DNA from: a virus
Taxonomy: Duplodnaviria; Caudoviricetes
Direction: 5' to 3' (one strand)
DNA: 64,000 nucleotides
IMG/VR virus record: IMGVR_UViG_3300021074_000002
Coordinates: 2,083 to 66,082 of that record
A model generated the notes under the pieces. It made no database searches and was not told the origin of the DNA. It saw only the letters and a program-made list of their open reading frames with translations. The position numbers and the translations under genes were made by a program. Each line of letters starts with the position of its first letter. Position 1 is the first letter of the stretch. Positions 49,848-59,813 of the stretch are shown in pieces.

Positions 49848-51056
49848 TTATTGAAACCATGAATTAGCTTTACCTTGAACAGGTTTTTCTTTCGTTGTCT
49901 GTCTTGCAAACTCTGTAAACAACTTATCAGACTTCTTAGTTACGCCTGATTGTTGAATAGTGGATAACGTAGGATCTTTTTCAAGGAGCTTAAGAAGCAA
50001 TGCAACCTTTATTTTTTGTGCATGGTTCTCAGGTCTTTTCATTTCTAAGATGGCACGATCAAAATCTGTTAAGGTTTCACCCGATGCTGTCTTATATTTA
50101 TCAACCAGGAGGAAGTCTTGTAGTTCATTTACTAATTTGGGATTGATGGGGATACCATCAAACTCTTTAGTTTTCAGTTTCTCTTGAAGAATGGTATTGA
50201 CATTCTGGATGTACTGATTTTTAATTGCATTTTTTTGTTGTAATTCTTGCCCTGCTTGTTGTTCTAGTTCTTGAAGTTTCACTGCTTCTCGTTTTACCAA
50301 GACTTTGTGATGCTTTGCAGCTACTGTTTCAAGATCACCATAATTCTTAAGTCTGTCAACTTCTGTTGTAACATCTTCAGGTTCAAACCCTTGATCAGTT
50401 AACGCTTGTCTCATTACAGCTACTTGATTGTCTTCAACAGATAGATCAAGTTCAGCAAAATTTACTATTTTATTATATGTTCCAAAATATTCTTTTGGAT
50501 CCACACCATTCACATATATGGCATTGAATGCTTTCTGATAATCTTCTCCAAATTGACCAATGAAGTTGTTAACAATTTCTCCTGCACCTTTCTGTTTTTC
50601 AGTTTTAAACCTTTCCAGAAATTCTTCAGGAGTCTTGATCTCAACATCTTCAACACCTTCTTCATTTGTAAATACCCCAAGTCTTAATAAGTCTCGTGAT
50701 AATGCACTAAATTGAGAAGTGGGAGTGTCATCATCCTCCTCTTCTTCTTCATTGACCTTTTCTTCTTTAATAGGTTCTGTCTTAGTCTCTTCAGATTCTT
50801 CTAAAAATCCTGCAATAAGATCTTGATCAACAACCTCTTCTTCTGGTTCTTTGGGAATCACTGTCTTTGGTGCAGCTTTTTTAGAAGTAGGAGCAACAGG
50901 TTCTACTTCTTTTACAATTGGTTCAAGATCCTCAGGATTAGATGTTGCTGTTTCAGATCCAAGAAGATCACTTAAAAGTTCTGCATTTCCCATTCCCATC
51001 TCCATAGTATTTTCAATACCAAAGTTGAATGATGGACTATCAAAATTATCTGCCAT
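49848..51056 (-). CDS. Acidic scaffolding-like protein (crAss gene-77-like)
   Basis: 402 aa; acidic low-complexity N-terminus and coiled coil; lies between portal and MCP. Confidence 0.65.
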   Translation of the reverse strand: MADNFDSPSFNFGIENTMEMGMGNAELLSDLLGSETATSNPEDLEPIVKEVEPVAPTSKKAAPKTVIPKEPEEEVVDQDLIAGFLEESEETKTEPIKEEKVNEEEEEDDDTPTSQFSALSRDLLRLGVFTNEEGVEDVEIKTPEEFLERFKTEKQKGAGEIVNNFIGQFGEDYQKAFNAIYVNGVDPKEYFGTYNKIVNFAELDLSVEDNQVAVMRQALTDQGFEPEDVTTEVDRLKNYGDLETVAAKHHKVLVKREAVKLQELEQQAGQELQQKNAIKNQYIQNVNTILQEKLKTKEFDGIPINPKLVNELQDFLLVDKYKTASGETLTDFDRAILEMKRPENHAQKIKVALLLKLLEKDPTLSTIQQSGVTKKSDKLFTEFARQTTKEKPVQGKANSWFQ

Positions 51057-51082
51057 ATGTAGTTTATTATGTGGTTATAGAG

Positions 51083-51156
51083 TAAAAGTAAATTAAAGAT
51101 CATTAGAATACAACATATTTTAGCATATTTTATAAACTTTTGTACATAATATAGCT
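51083..51156 (-). promoter_or_regulatory. Promoter of scaffold/MCP operon with upstream AGCTATATTATGT motif
   Basis: TTG-N20-TACTTTTA (51083-51113); motif at 51144-51156. Confidence 0.55.
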
Positions 51157-51184
51157 TTAATATTTGCCTTTTTAATTAAATTGA

Positions 51185-53764
51185 TTATTTTTTAGTTTTG
51201 TTAGCTCGATTACTTGCATTAATTTTTGCTATCTGTATATCATTTTGCATATTCTCACGAGTCACTTGAAGTTTTTCTCTCTCCACTTGAAGTTTTTGCA
51301 TACTCTGAGAACTTTTACTTGCTATATCTGCCATCTTGAGACTATAATCTTTAGAAGCTTTACTTTGTTCATGTGCAAGTTTACTAATTTCAAGTACATC
51401 AGGAACTTGGTTTTGATCAATATCTGCAAGAGCTCCTTTTGATTCAGCAGCAATAAGAGCAATCTCTTTTTTGTTAATTCTATCAAGTTCCTTCTGATAA
51501 TCCTCATGTGCAAGATCTGACTGATGTTCTTGTGCAGCCTGTTCCATTTGAGCCTGAGCCTGCTGTTGTTGTTGTTGCAACTCTTGTTGTTTCTGTTGCA
51601 TCTGTTGATCTTGCATAGCCAACTGTCTATCTCTCTGCTCTTTAAAGGTCTTCTGCATTGCTCTAATACTCTTTGTTGTATAGAGTTCTGTAACCTCATA
51701 TAGACTTCCACCATTCTGCATGAAAGGTTGAGCAAGCTGACGAAGTTCATTAAATACTTGTGTATCCTCTGGACGATTTGTTGGAAACACTTTTAAATCC
51801 CTAAATCTAAGATCAGAACCATTCACCTGTACAAATGCAGATTCTCCTTCAGATGTTACATAGGCAAGCGTACTCTGTGGTTTTGCACTCTCTATATATA
51901 AGGCAGCATCAATGATGGCCTGATATAGTTGTAGGGAAACATATTCATGTGCAATGAATAGAGGTTCTGTTTGTGAATAGGATTGTGAGACAGCATTGTT
52001 TACTCCTGTTGCAGATTCACTGGCAGCTACAGATCCCATTCTTTGTTTGGAAAGACCTACTAGTTCCCAACATTCATTCTTTAGTTGTTGTGCTAATGTG
52101 TATCTAGCTTGTATCTCCTGTGTACGTGTGAGATCAAGAGCTGTAAACTGATTAAAACTTGAAGGAGCTTTTAAATTCTCTGGAGAGTCATCTATAAATA
52201 CCACTCCCCTCTTACGTGCTTCCAATTCCCATATATCCAAAGCATCTTGTGCATCACCATCTTTAGGAATAGGAATGTGTCTGAGTGACATCAGTTGTAC
52301 CTTACCTATCTCTTTCTCAAGGAGTTGATATAGTTGATTCATGCAGACATTGTACAACACCTGGAAAGGTTTCATCAGATCTACAAGACTCTTGGCTTCT
52401 GTATTCTTTACCTCATATGTTATTCCTATGATGGGACAATATGGTAGAAGGTCATAGGGTTTTAGATGATAGATATCTGGGCCAATCTTATTTCCCTGAT
52501 ACCATTGATTTATCCATCCCCATTCAAGAGATTGTTGTGTAGGAATAGTCTTGCTTTTATAATTCTCATCAACAAGCATAGACTGATCATTGCCCATCTC
52601 ATCTATATATATGATCTTACCAATCTTTTTCTTAGAGATCCAATATCCCCTAACCACCACATACTTATATCCAAAGGAAGAGACATTAGATGTAAGGCCA
52701 AGAAAGTCTTTTAGTCCATCATTGTTCTCTTTCATTTCACTCTCAATCATCATCCTTGTTTGGAGAATGGCTGGATCATATGTATCATATTGTACAGAGT
52801 CAATACCCTCAGGTGCATTAGGATTACCAAGATTAGATTCACGCACATTGATCAATCCATAATCCTGTAGAGAACTTCTTAGATGATCTATCTCTTCTTT
52901 TGTAAGATCTGGGAATGTCTCAATAATCTCTGAGAGTTCCATAACTTGCACTGTTCCAGCAGCATATGCTCCCTGTGCCCTACCTGTTGTATCTGAAATA
53001 AACTTCCTGTCAGGAGTTGTTAAAAACCATGTGTTCTTAGGATTAGCCACCTCAATATTAAATCCTGTCTTAGAGTTGTCTTCATATATATGATAGAACT
53101 CTCTGGCAGATATGAGCATATCTCTAAAAGCATCTTCACTCTTCTCTTTAATATTAAACTCTACCTTAGCACATGTGAGTTGATGATTACTCCATTTCTC
53201 AGCAATCGATGTGTAAGAATCAAGTTGATCCTTCACCTCATCCATAGACATTTTCTCAAGATCTTCATCATTGATCTCCTGGCCTTCCATTGCAGCTTTC
53301 TCCAAGATCTTTTGCTTGGCCTGCTGTAATACATATTTCTGAAGGAGATCTGTTTTAAACTCTAACTCTTCTGCCTTGGAATTATCATCATAGGCTTTTA
53401 CCTTAATGCTATCAGGACGTTTAGAGATCTCTCCTATAAGTTCATTAACAGGAGTGGTAACAATAGAATACATCTTTACATAGGAAGGAAGGCTAAGATC
53501 TGCTTCCAGCATTTCTGTAAAGTTTTTTACATCACGTTCCTGATAGAAATCCTCTGGACGAAGGATACCCTTCATAAGATCATAGTTCTTTACAAACGTA
53601 TCACGATTCTTTACATACTCAGAATATGCCTTATTAGCAAAGTAATCCATTGTGTTCTTCACCCAACTTTCATCCATCTTTTCTTTCTCTGTTTTGAACT
53701 GATCTGGAAAGATGTTAAGGTATGCATATCTAATAGTGGCATCCTTTGTGTAGCGAATTATCAT
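51185..53764 (-). CDS. Portal protein
   Basis: 859 aa; follows terL; SLVDLMKPFQVLYN, Q-rich coiled-coil C-terminal barrel. Confidence 0.85.
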   Translation of the reverse strand: MIIRYTKDATIRYAYLNIFPDQFKTEKEKMDESWVKNTMDYFANKAYSEYVKNRDTFVKNYDLMKGILRPEDFYQERDVKNFTEMLEADLSLPSYVKMYSIVTTPVNELIGEISKRPDSIKVKAYDDNSKAEELEFKTDLLQKYVLQQAKQKILEKAAMEGQEINDEDLEKMSMDEVKDQLDSYTSIAEKWSNHQLTCAKVEFNIKEKSEDAFRDMLISAREFYHIYEDNSKTGFNIEVANPKNTWFLTTPDRKFISDTTGRAQGAYAAGTVQVMELSEIIETFPDLTKEEIDHLRSSLQDYGLINVRESNLGNPNAPEGIDSVQYDTYDPAILQTRMMIESEMKENNDGLKDFLGLTSNVSSFGYKYVVVRGYWISKKKIGKIIYIDEMGNDQSMLVDENYKSKTIPTQQSLEWGWINQWYQGNKIGPDIYHLKPYDLLPYCPIIGITYEVKNTEAKSLVDLMKPFQVLYNVCMNQLYQLLEKEIGKVQLMSLRHIPIPKDGDAQDALDIWELEARKRGVVFIDDSPENLKAPSSFNQFTALDLTRTQEIQARYTLAQQLKNECWELVGLSKQRMGSVAASESATGVNNAVSQSYSQTEPLFIAHEYVSLQLYQAIIDAALYIESAKPQSTLAYVTSEGESAFVQVNGSDLRFRDLKVFPTNRPEDTQVFNELRQLAQPFMQNGGSLYEVTELYTTKSIRAMQKTFKEQRDRQLAMQDQQMQQKQQELQQQQQQAQAQMEQAAQEHQSDLAHEDYQKELDRINKKEIALIAAESKGALADIDQNQVPDVLEISKLAHEQSKASKDYSLKMADIASKSSQSMQKLQVEREKLQVTRENMQNDIQIAKINASNRANKTKK

Positions 53765-53775
53765 GGTAGTGAAAT

Positions 53776-54351
53776 TTAAGTTATTTCATAATTTAATAAA
53801 GCATCATAAGTAGCATTTGAAATTACATATTTGTATTTCATTGCCAAATTTAACAGTTGTTTTTCCTTTTCTCTCTTATAACATTCTGCTGCTTCTGTTA
53901 TTGTTGAAAAAATTCCTTTATATGTAGATACTTTATTTACCTTAATATGACTAACAAATTTATCACGATGTTTATATACACCTAAAGGATATTCTCTTTT
54001 ATTCATTGGTTTTATAAGTGCAAGATTAATTTCTTGTGGAACAAAACAACAAGTTTCAGGAGAGTAAATTTTATTTCCTTTTATGAGTAAATCTTTATCT
54101 AATTGGCAACCTTCTATATTATTAATAGTAAACCATTTAGCAAAATTTTGGAAATTTAACCATTCTTCACACATTGTACAATCTTTATAAGAAGGGTGTC
54201 TTATATGAAGTTTATCATCATAACACCTTTGTAACATAGCTGCCCAAGCATTATATTCTTTTGTGTGTCCTGTTTTATTTCTAGATTTATACTTTCCCGT
54301 TCCCATAAAACCAACACCATATATCTTTTCTTCTGATCCTGTTTTTCTCAT
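53776..54351 (-). CDS. HNH homing endonuclease with AP2-like C-terminal region
   Basis: YNAWAAMLQRCY...CEEWLNFQNFAKW...LDKDLLIKGNKIYSPETCCFVPQEIN. Confidence 0.85.
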   Translation of the reverse strand: MRKTGSEEKIYGVGFMGTGKYKSRNKTGHTKEYNAWAAMLQRCYDDKLHIRHPSYKDCTMCEEWLNFQNFAKWFTINNIEGCQLDKDLLIKGNKIYSPETCCFVPQEINLALIKPMNKREYPLGVYKHRDKFVSHIKVNKVSTYKGIFSTITEAAECYKREKEKQLLNLAMKYKYVISNATYDALLNYEIT

Positions 54352-56381
54352 TATGAAAATAGTTTATGTTTTGGTCTGTTAAATATTCCTCTGGATTCTG
54401 CGAATAATTGAGCCTTTGGTCTTTTTGTAAACATCGAGGTTACCCTTGGATCACTTGATCCCCCTACTCGTCCCATGATTGGATCCATTCTCATAGCTTG
54501 AGCAATGGCAAGTTCAGCAGCAATGATTCTATCAAAGTTACCATCCTCATCATATTGAATTACTTCCTCAAGGAGAACAGGATCAAATATTTTAGTTATG
54601 CCTGTGAGTTCTCGTACAACTACTCCATTGTCATCTTTTTCTGTGTATATGATCTCTTCCATATACTTCTTAAAACAGTTGTGAAGGTAATCAATTATTT
54701 TCTGTGCGCTACGATGTATACCATATTCTCTTTTAACAGTTGTATTAGGAACAATTTCCATTAACCACTGAGGTTGTTTCTCCAGATAATGTCCATCTCC
54801 TTTGGCTTTCATGTATTCTATGAATGAGATATCATCATTCTCACAGAGAGTACGAGCATTATAATACTTAATTAAATATCTGGCCTGTTCTTCCCATGTA
54901 TCTTTCTTCTCTGGCCTGGCACAATAAGAAGCCACAAACATATCCTGATACTTCTCACCAGCAATATCATGCATCCTCTTATATATGTATACAGATCCTA
55001 AGGAAGAACTATAGGCACTCTGTCCTTGTCTGTAAGGGTCAACTCCTGCAACATACAATCCATAAGGAGGAGATTCTACAGGGAACTCATAAATAATAAC
55101 AGGAGCATCTTTCTCATCTGAACTTCGTAATGGAAAATTACTTATGGGTTGTTTGTCTGTAAACTCGTGTATAATTTTTTCTCCATCATGTAAAAGAATA
55201 ACAGGAGTTCCTGTTCTTTCTCTTTCCTGAAGTCTAAACTTCTGACGCTTAGCAGCTTCTGTATCAAAGATATTATTCTGATCTCTTAAGAAACATTCCT
55301 CAACTGTCAGAGGATAATACATTTTCTGTTTTAAATAGAGAGCTCTGTCAGGATTTGTCTTTGCTGCAAGTCTTTCCTGTTCTATTAATGCTGTAGCTTT
55401 CTCTTTATCAGAAGCATATATCAATATTTTTGAAAGTTCACGATGATCTGGTATTGTTATTCCACGTTCCTGTTCAAGCCATTGATATAAAGGAATCTCC
55501 ACTTTACAATCCTGTCTGTAAAGTCCTGACAAGAACAATGCACTCTTTGTTTTTGTTCCTTCATATTCATAAGCCAAAAAATTATTGGCATCTGGATTGT
55601 AGAAGAAGTTTTCTGCATCCCTGCCATTTTCAAATGATCCTCCTGTTCCCACAAGAATAGGAACAGCTCTCCATCCAAACTTTCCTTTAAACGCAGGTTC
55701 AGCTGCTTTAAAAGAAGAAGCAAATGGATACTTCCCTACCTCATCCATTATAAATGTCCTTGCTGTGGTACCAGCTGCAACCTCAGTGTTGCGACCATCG
55801 TTTGCATTACGAATAACAATGTAACTCCACACCTCATCATCTCCACTAGGTTTCTTATATCCCAGCCTAATCTGGTTGAGTCTCCATGTCTTATCTAAAC
55901 GTGGTATATTAATTCCTTCCCACAAATTTTTTAATCCAAAATCCACTTTATCCTTTAAAAGGGAAAGGTCATTGTCATTTCCACATACAATAACATTCTG
56001 TGTATTGGCAAACATTATGGCATTCATACCAAAATAGGAAGCTTCCATCTCACTCTTGCCTCCCTGTCTACCTCCAACCTCCATATATCCCTTCTTCTCT
56101 ATCCTACACTGCTCCAACGCTTCTGCTCTAATCCACTCATTGTCACGTAAATCTGGATAGCTTTCCACCCTAATATCATTTCCATGCTCATCCTGTTGAT
56201 CAAGCCTTATCTTCCAATGATTCAAATGCCAATACAACCATCCACTAAAGAAAATCCCATTGACAGAAATTCCTCCTTTAATCTTTTCTTCCTCCCATTT
56301 AATAAGTTGATTAAACTCATTAGTTCCTGGAGGAGGAAGACTCTTCATATTCCTGAAGAATTCTGTACTCTTGATTTCCAT
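54351..56381 (-). CDS. terL: Terminase large subunit
   Basis: Walker A-like GGRQGGKS, Walker B FIMDEVGK, VGTGG, RNase H AGVDPY...NFDRIIA. Confidence 0.9.
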   Translation of the reverse strand: MEIKSTEFFRNMKSLPPPGTNEFNQLIKWEEEKIKGGISVNGIFFSGWLYWHLNHWKIRLDQQDEHGNDIRVESYPDLRDNEWIRAEALEQCRIEKKGYMEVGGRQGGKSEMEASYFGMNAIMFANTQNVIVCGNDNDLSLLKDKVDFGLKNLWEGINIPRLDKTWRLNQIRLGYKKPSGDDEVWSYIVIRNANDGRNTEVAAGTTARTFIMDEVGKYPFASSFKAAEPAFKGKFGWRAVPILVGTGGSFENGRDAENFFYNPDANNFLAYEYEGTKTKSALFLSGLYRQDCKVEIPLYQWLEQERGITIPDHRELSKILIYASDKEKATALIEQERLAAKTNPDRALYLKQKMYYPLTVEECFLRDQNNIFDTEAAKRQKFRLQERERTGTPVILLHDGEKIIHEFTDKQPISNFPLRSSDEKDAPVIIYEFPVESPPYGLYVAGVDPYRQGQSAYSSSLGSVYIYKRMHDIAGEKYQDMFVASYCARPEKKDTWEEQARYLIKYYNARTLCENDDISFIEYMKAKGDGHYLEKQPQWLMEIVPNTTVKREYGIHRSAQKIIDYLHNCFKKYMEEIIYTEKDDNGVVVRELTGITKIFDPVLLEEVIQYDEDGNFDRIIAAELAIAQAMRMDPIMGRVGGSSDPRVTSMFTKRPKAQLFAESRGIFNRPKHKLFS

Positions 56382-56695
56382 TATCTCTGCATTCTATGTG
56401 GTACTTCACCTTTACCTCTGGCCTCTTTTTTGGCTTCCTCTTTTTCACGAAGTGTATTCACTACTTCCAAAAGAGAAAGATAGTTCTTCATTGTATCCTG
56501 AATAAACTTTCCCTGTTGCTCTATAGAAGCAACAACCATAGGCATTGTTCCTCCCCTGGCTATTGGTTTCCACTCTATCCTATCCTTCAGATGTTCAAAA
56601 GGATTGGCATTGATATATCCTCTCCATGTCAGAAGTTGTTGTTCGGCCCAATCAAGCTCCGTAGAAATAAATATACTTTTCTTTGCTACTGCCAT
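56381..56695 (-). CDS. Hypothetical protein, possible small terminase subunit
   Basis: 104 aa; its stop overlaps the terL start. Confidence 0.4.
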   Translation of the reverse strand: MAVAKKSIFISTELDWAEQQLLTWRGYINANPFEHLKDRIEWKPIARGGTMPMVVASIEQQGKFIQDTMKNYLSLLEVVNTLREKEEAKKEARGKGEVPHRMQR

Positions 56696-56697
56696 GA

Positions 56698-56883
56698 TTA
56701 TAGTTTTAATCCTGAAGAGGCAGCTGTCAACTTCTGTACAGCTGGGGCAACAATCTTTGTCAGCAAATTGTTGATTAGCTCATTTACCTTCTCTCTATTT
56801 ACTTGTGCAATGTTCTCTGTAGCAGCCAAAGCTGCAAGTTCCCTAATGGTTGCAAATGCATCCTGTGTTTGTGAATTGTTCAT
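56698..56883 (-). CDS. Hypothetical protein
   Basis: 61 aa; tightly packed in the operon. Confidence 0.55.
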   Translation of the reverse strand: MNNSQTQDAFATIRELAALAATENIAQVNREKVNELINNLLTKIVAPAVQKLTAASSGLKL

Positions 56884-56884
56884 A

Positions 56885-57121
56885 TCAATTTAATAATTGG
56901 TTTATATCATCATCTGTAATATTCTTATTCAGGAGTTTTGGATCATCCATATATTCATCCTTAACATATATACCAACCCTATCTATGTTTTCTCCAGGAT
57001 CTCCTATAATATCAACATACAAGACCCCATTTTCATAAAGATCAATCAATGTATCAATGAATGATTCCAGAGGAATCTTCCTCAATCTAATCTGTTTCAT
57101 CGTCTTATTTCGAATTAACAT
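56885..57121 (-). CDS. Hypothetical protein
   Basis: 78 aa (start may be 57100); operon packing. Confidence 0.55.
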   Translation of the reverse strand: MLIRNKTMKQIRLRKIPLESFIDTLIDLYENGVLYVDIIGDPGENIDRVGIYVKDEYMDDPKLLNKNITDDDINQLLN

Positions 57122-57395
57122 GTTCTTCCTGCTCTTCTGTCAGCACAGCCTTCCAACTTTTTATTCCACATGAACAAGACAAACACTTTGTCTTCTGCAT
57201 AAGAGGACATCCACACTCTGTACAATGTTCATACATCTGTAAGAGCCAACTAGCCTGTGGATTGTTAACAGAATTAAGTGGACAAATCTTACATACCTCC
57301 ATCCTCCTAATATGTATCCTCTCTATCTTATCCTTTAGAATAGAAGGAGGAATCAAATGATTACGCCAACCTTCATATATCTCAGAGAGTTTCAT
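57105..57395 (-). CDS. Cys-rich Zn-binding protein
   Basis: RMEVCKICP...HCTECGCPL..KTKCLSCSC...W; start re-set to MKLSEIYEGW. Confidence 0.65.
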   Translation of the reverse strand: MKLSEIYEGWRNHLIPPSILKDKIERIHIRRMEVCKICPLNSVNNPQASWLLQMYEHCTECGCPLMQKTKCLSCSCGIKSWKAVLTEEQEEHVNSK

Positions 57396-57732
57396 TGATC
57401 TTTTCATTAAGATTTTTAATAATACATGTAACATTCTTAAGCTTCGCCTCTATATTATTTCTTCTCTGTGTTGAGAGGGTCTGTAACAGAAGCCCTTCAT
57501 ACAACTCTTTATTCTCCAAAGATCTCTTTAACATCCTCTTAGCTTTTATATCACTAAAGAAAAATCTACCAAACCCAGAAAGCTCCATACTATTCACCAT
57601 CTTTGTAGCTTCCAGCATTGTATTAAACTGATGATTAATCACAGCCTCAATTGTCTTCTCAGGAGTCATCAATGAAACAGCCATCTTGCGAATAATAAAC
57701 TGTTTTACAGAAAGACTAACAGGCTTATCCAT
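57382..57732 (-). CDS. HU/IHF-like DNA-binding protein
   Basis: IEAVINHQF...SMELSGFGRFFF. Confidence 0.6.
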   Translation of the reverse strand: MDKPVSLSVKQFIIRKMAVSLMTPEKTIEAVINHQFNTMLEATKMVNSMELSGFGRFFFSDIKAKRMLKRSLENKELYEGLLLQTLSTQRRNNIEAKLKNVTCIIKNLNEKINETL

Positions 57733-58075
57733 GTGTAAGATTTATTTCCAACTTAATATTCAAAGCAAAATTTAACTGTATCATAGGAACCACCTTTATC
57801 TTCCCTCCCTCCTTAATAAAAATTCCCATCTTCTTTAGCTTGGAAACAATATTGCTTATCGTAGGACTAGAGCTCTCATACTTCTTACAAAACTCCTCCT
57901 TAACATTAGCATACGACATGTTCCCACGTACAGCTGTAAAAGCTATGAGTTGCACCTCTCTCTGTGTAAGCTTCAAATTATTCAAAGCAGAAAGCACATT
58001 ATAATACCTCTCCGCTAATACATAATTGTCCTCATTCTGGAAGCTTAACTTTTGTAAAATAATCTTGTTGGCCAT
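57725..58075 (-). CDS. Winged-helix (MarR-like) DNA-binding protein
   Basis: LTQREVQLIAF...SSPTISNIVSKLKKMGIFIK. Confidence 0.6.
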   Translation of the reverse strand: MANKIILQKLSFQNEDNYVLAERYYNVLSALNNLKLTQREVQLIAFTAVRGNMSYANVKEEFCKKYESSSPTISNIVSKLKKMGIFIKEGGKIKVVPMIQLNFALNIKLEINLTHG

Positions 58076-58094
58076 TATTTAGTTTTATCTCTTA

Positions 58095-58102
58095 CAAAGA
58101 TA
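58095..58102 (-). promoter_or_regulatory. Bacteroidetes -7 promoter box for the leftward operon
   Basis: Perfect TATCTTTG about 20 nt upstream of the ATG at 58075. Confidence 0.55.
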
Positions 58103-58364
58103 TAACAAATTTAATTATTTTTTACCATGATAAATTTGGGAAAAAGAATTTATTCCTGGAGATAAGAAATAGTTTTTTGATTTTTTAATCTTCCTGGTTA
58201 GAAACTCCCCCCTAAGACTGTAGGGGAAAATGACTCCCCTCCTTCCATATTATTTGTGTGAGTGTTGATTGGGACTACACCATCAAAAAACCCCCCCAAC
58301 GATTTACCAGTGTGGGGTATTCCCCTTGGTCATCATTATTAATAAACAAAAAACAAAAAACAAA

Positions 58365-58727
58365 ATGAAACGAGTAACGATTCACAGAGGGTTATTTTCA
58401 GCAGAGGGTAGATTCACAGGCTTCAACGCTGCAGGCCAAAAGTTTTTCATTGGGGAGAATATGCTAAAGAGTCTTGGCATTGACAAGGACACAGAGGTAG
58501 ACAAGATCCCAAAACTGTTTGCATTATGCGATGAAGAGACACGCACAGACAAGAATGATCAGGAATATCAGCGTTGGGAAGCCAAATCAGCATTCCTAAC
58601 ATTACAGGATATGCTAATGGCAAGCCTTGAAACAGAGATTGCAGACAAGATGGCAGAAGAGCTACTTGCAAGTTATAGCAGTACAACCACACTTGATCCA
58701 TTAGCAAGAGCAAAGACAATTGTCTAA
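58365..58727 (+). CDS. Hypothetical early protein
   Basis: Start re-set to MKRVTIHRG after an A-rich leader; followed by a terminator. Confidence 0.7.
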   Translation: MKRVTIHRGLFSAEGRFTGFNAAGQKFFIGENMLKSLGIDKDTEVDKIPKLFALCDEETRTDKNDQEYQRWEAKSAFLTLQDMLMASLETEIADKMAEELLASYSSTTTLDPLARAKTIV

Positions 58728-58738
58728 ATGGTGACCAC

Positions 58739-58772
58739 AGCAACATTCCTCGCAAGGGGAGTGTTGCTTTTT
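58739..58772 (+). terminator. Intrinsic terminator
   Basis: AGCAACATTCCTC-GCAA-GGGGAGTGTTGCT followed by TTTT. Confidence 0.8.
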
Positions 58773-59197
58773 AATTGATCATTCGTGCAAGGGAAGCACA
58801 AAGCTAACGCAAACACATTGCTTACGCAAACAAAAAAATATATGTAAGGGTGGGTAAATAAACGAAGAATTCGTACAGTTGGGTGGGTTATCTCAGCAAT
58901 TATATAGCAACTAATGATATATTAACCCAAGAGTATGACTTTTATCATATAAATAAAAGTTCACCCCGAGAATTTTAATATATCGATGTCAAGATTCCGT
59001 TAGTCTTGAGGGTCAAAAGAGGGGTAGAAGTACACGTCATAGCCTATTTATTGACTCTTGGATATCCTCAAAATCTTAAATCATGCAATAAATATAGCTT
59101 TCCAATGCTATATTAACATATTATGTATGTATATGTCATTATAGTATCATTGATATATTTTGTGTAATATATGCATATGTATTGCATAGATGTCCTT

Positions 59198-59262
59198 TAG
59201 ATAAGGAATAATGGTTATGCATTCATTAGAGTGTATGTGAGTTCGATTCTCATGTTTTCTAC
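59198..59262 (+). ncRNA. Degenerate tRNA / tRNA-like element
   Basis: Canonical T-arm GTGAG-TTCGATT-CTCAT; acceptor-like TAGATAA/TTTTCTA; central hairpin; no canonical D arm or anticodon loop. Confidence 0.4.
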
Positions 59263-59311
59263 AAACCCAAAGCTTTTAGAGCTCCTCAAGTGTGGAACTC
59301 TTACAATTATT

Positions 59312-59713
59312 ATGAAAAATATTCTTTGGTTATCAAGACATGCAATGAGCCAGGCTCAATTGGATGCATTAGCATTAGTATTTGGAAAAGTTCAGATCAC
59401 TCAACTATCAGCTTCACCATCTAACGTGCATGTAGCTTTTGAAGCTGTAGCACCAGAACAAGGTGAAACTGTTGCAGATCATATTCTTGAGGGACATTGG
59501 AGTTCTTTGAAGGAGCTTGTCTCCAAATATGATGAGATAGCTATTGTCTTACCAATAGGGATGATACAACAATTACTTCCATTTGCACCAGCTAAAAGGC
59601 TGTTACAAGCTAAGAACAAACGTATTTTACTTGAAGAAGGTAAAGTTCAATTTGTATTTGATGGCTGGGAAGCTATTACAGAGGTGACTATTGTAACATC
59701 ACCTTTAGTATAA
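59312..59713 (+). CDS. Hypothetical alpha/beta protein
   Basis: Start re-set to MKNILWLSRH; the upstream extension overlaps the tRNA-like element. Confidence 0.7.
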   Translation: MKNILWLSRHAMSQAQLDALALVFGKVQITQLSASPSNVHVAFEAVAPEQGETVADHILEGHWSSLKELVSKYDEIAIVLPIGMIQQLLPFAPAKRLLQAKNKRILLEEGKVQFVFDGWEAITEVTIVTSPLV

Positions 59714-59813
59714 AAAAAAAACACCAAGAGAGAATAGTCCTTATGAGGGATGAAGGTTGTATGAGCAATCGTTCTCTTTTGTTATTTGTTTTACTTTTTA
59801 AACTTAATGCTTT

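Noticed and set aside
53776-54351. Group I intron or intein associated with the homing endonucleases
   Set aside because: Flanking genes look complete and there is no spacer room for an intron core; no obvious intein motifs were seen in terL or the RNAP.
873-58075. Stop-codon reassignment as seen in some crAss-like phages
   Set aside because: Long genes are intact under code 11, TAG terminates the MCP and other genes, and no suppressor tRNA is seen.
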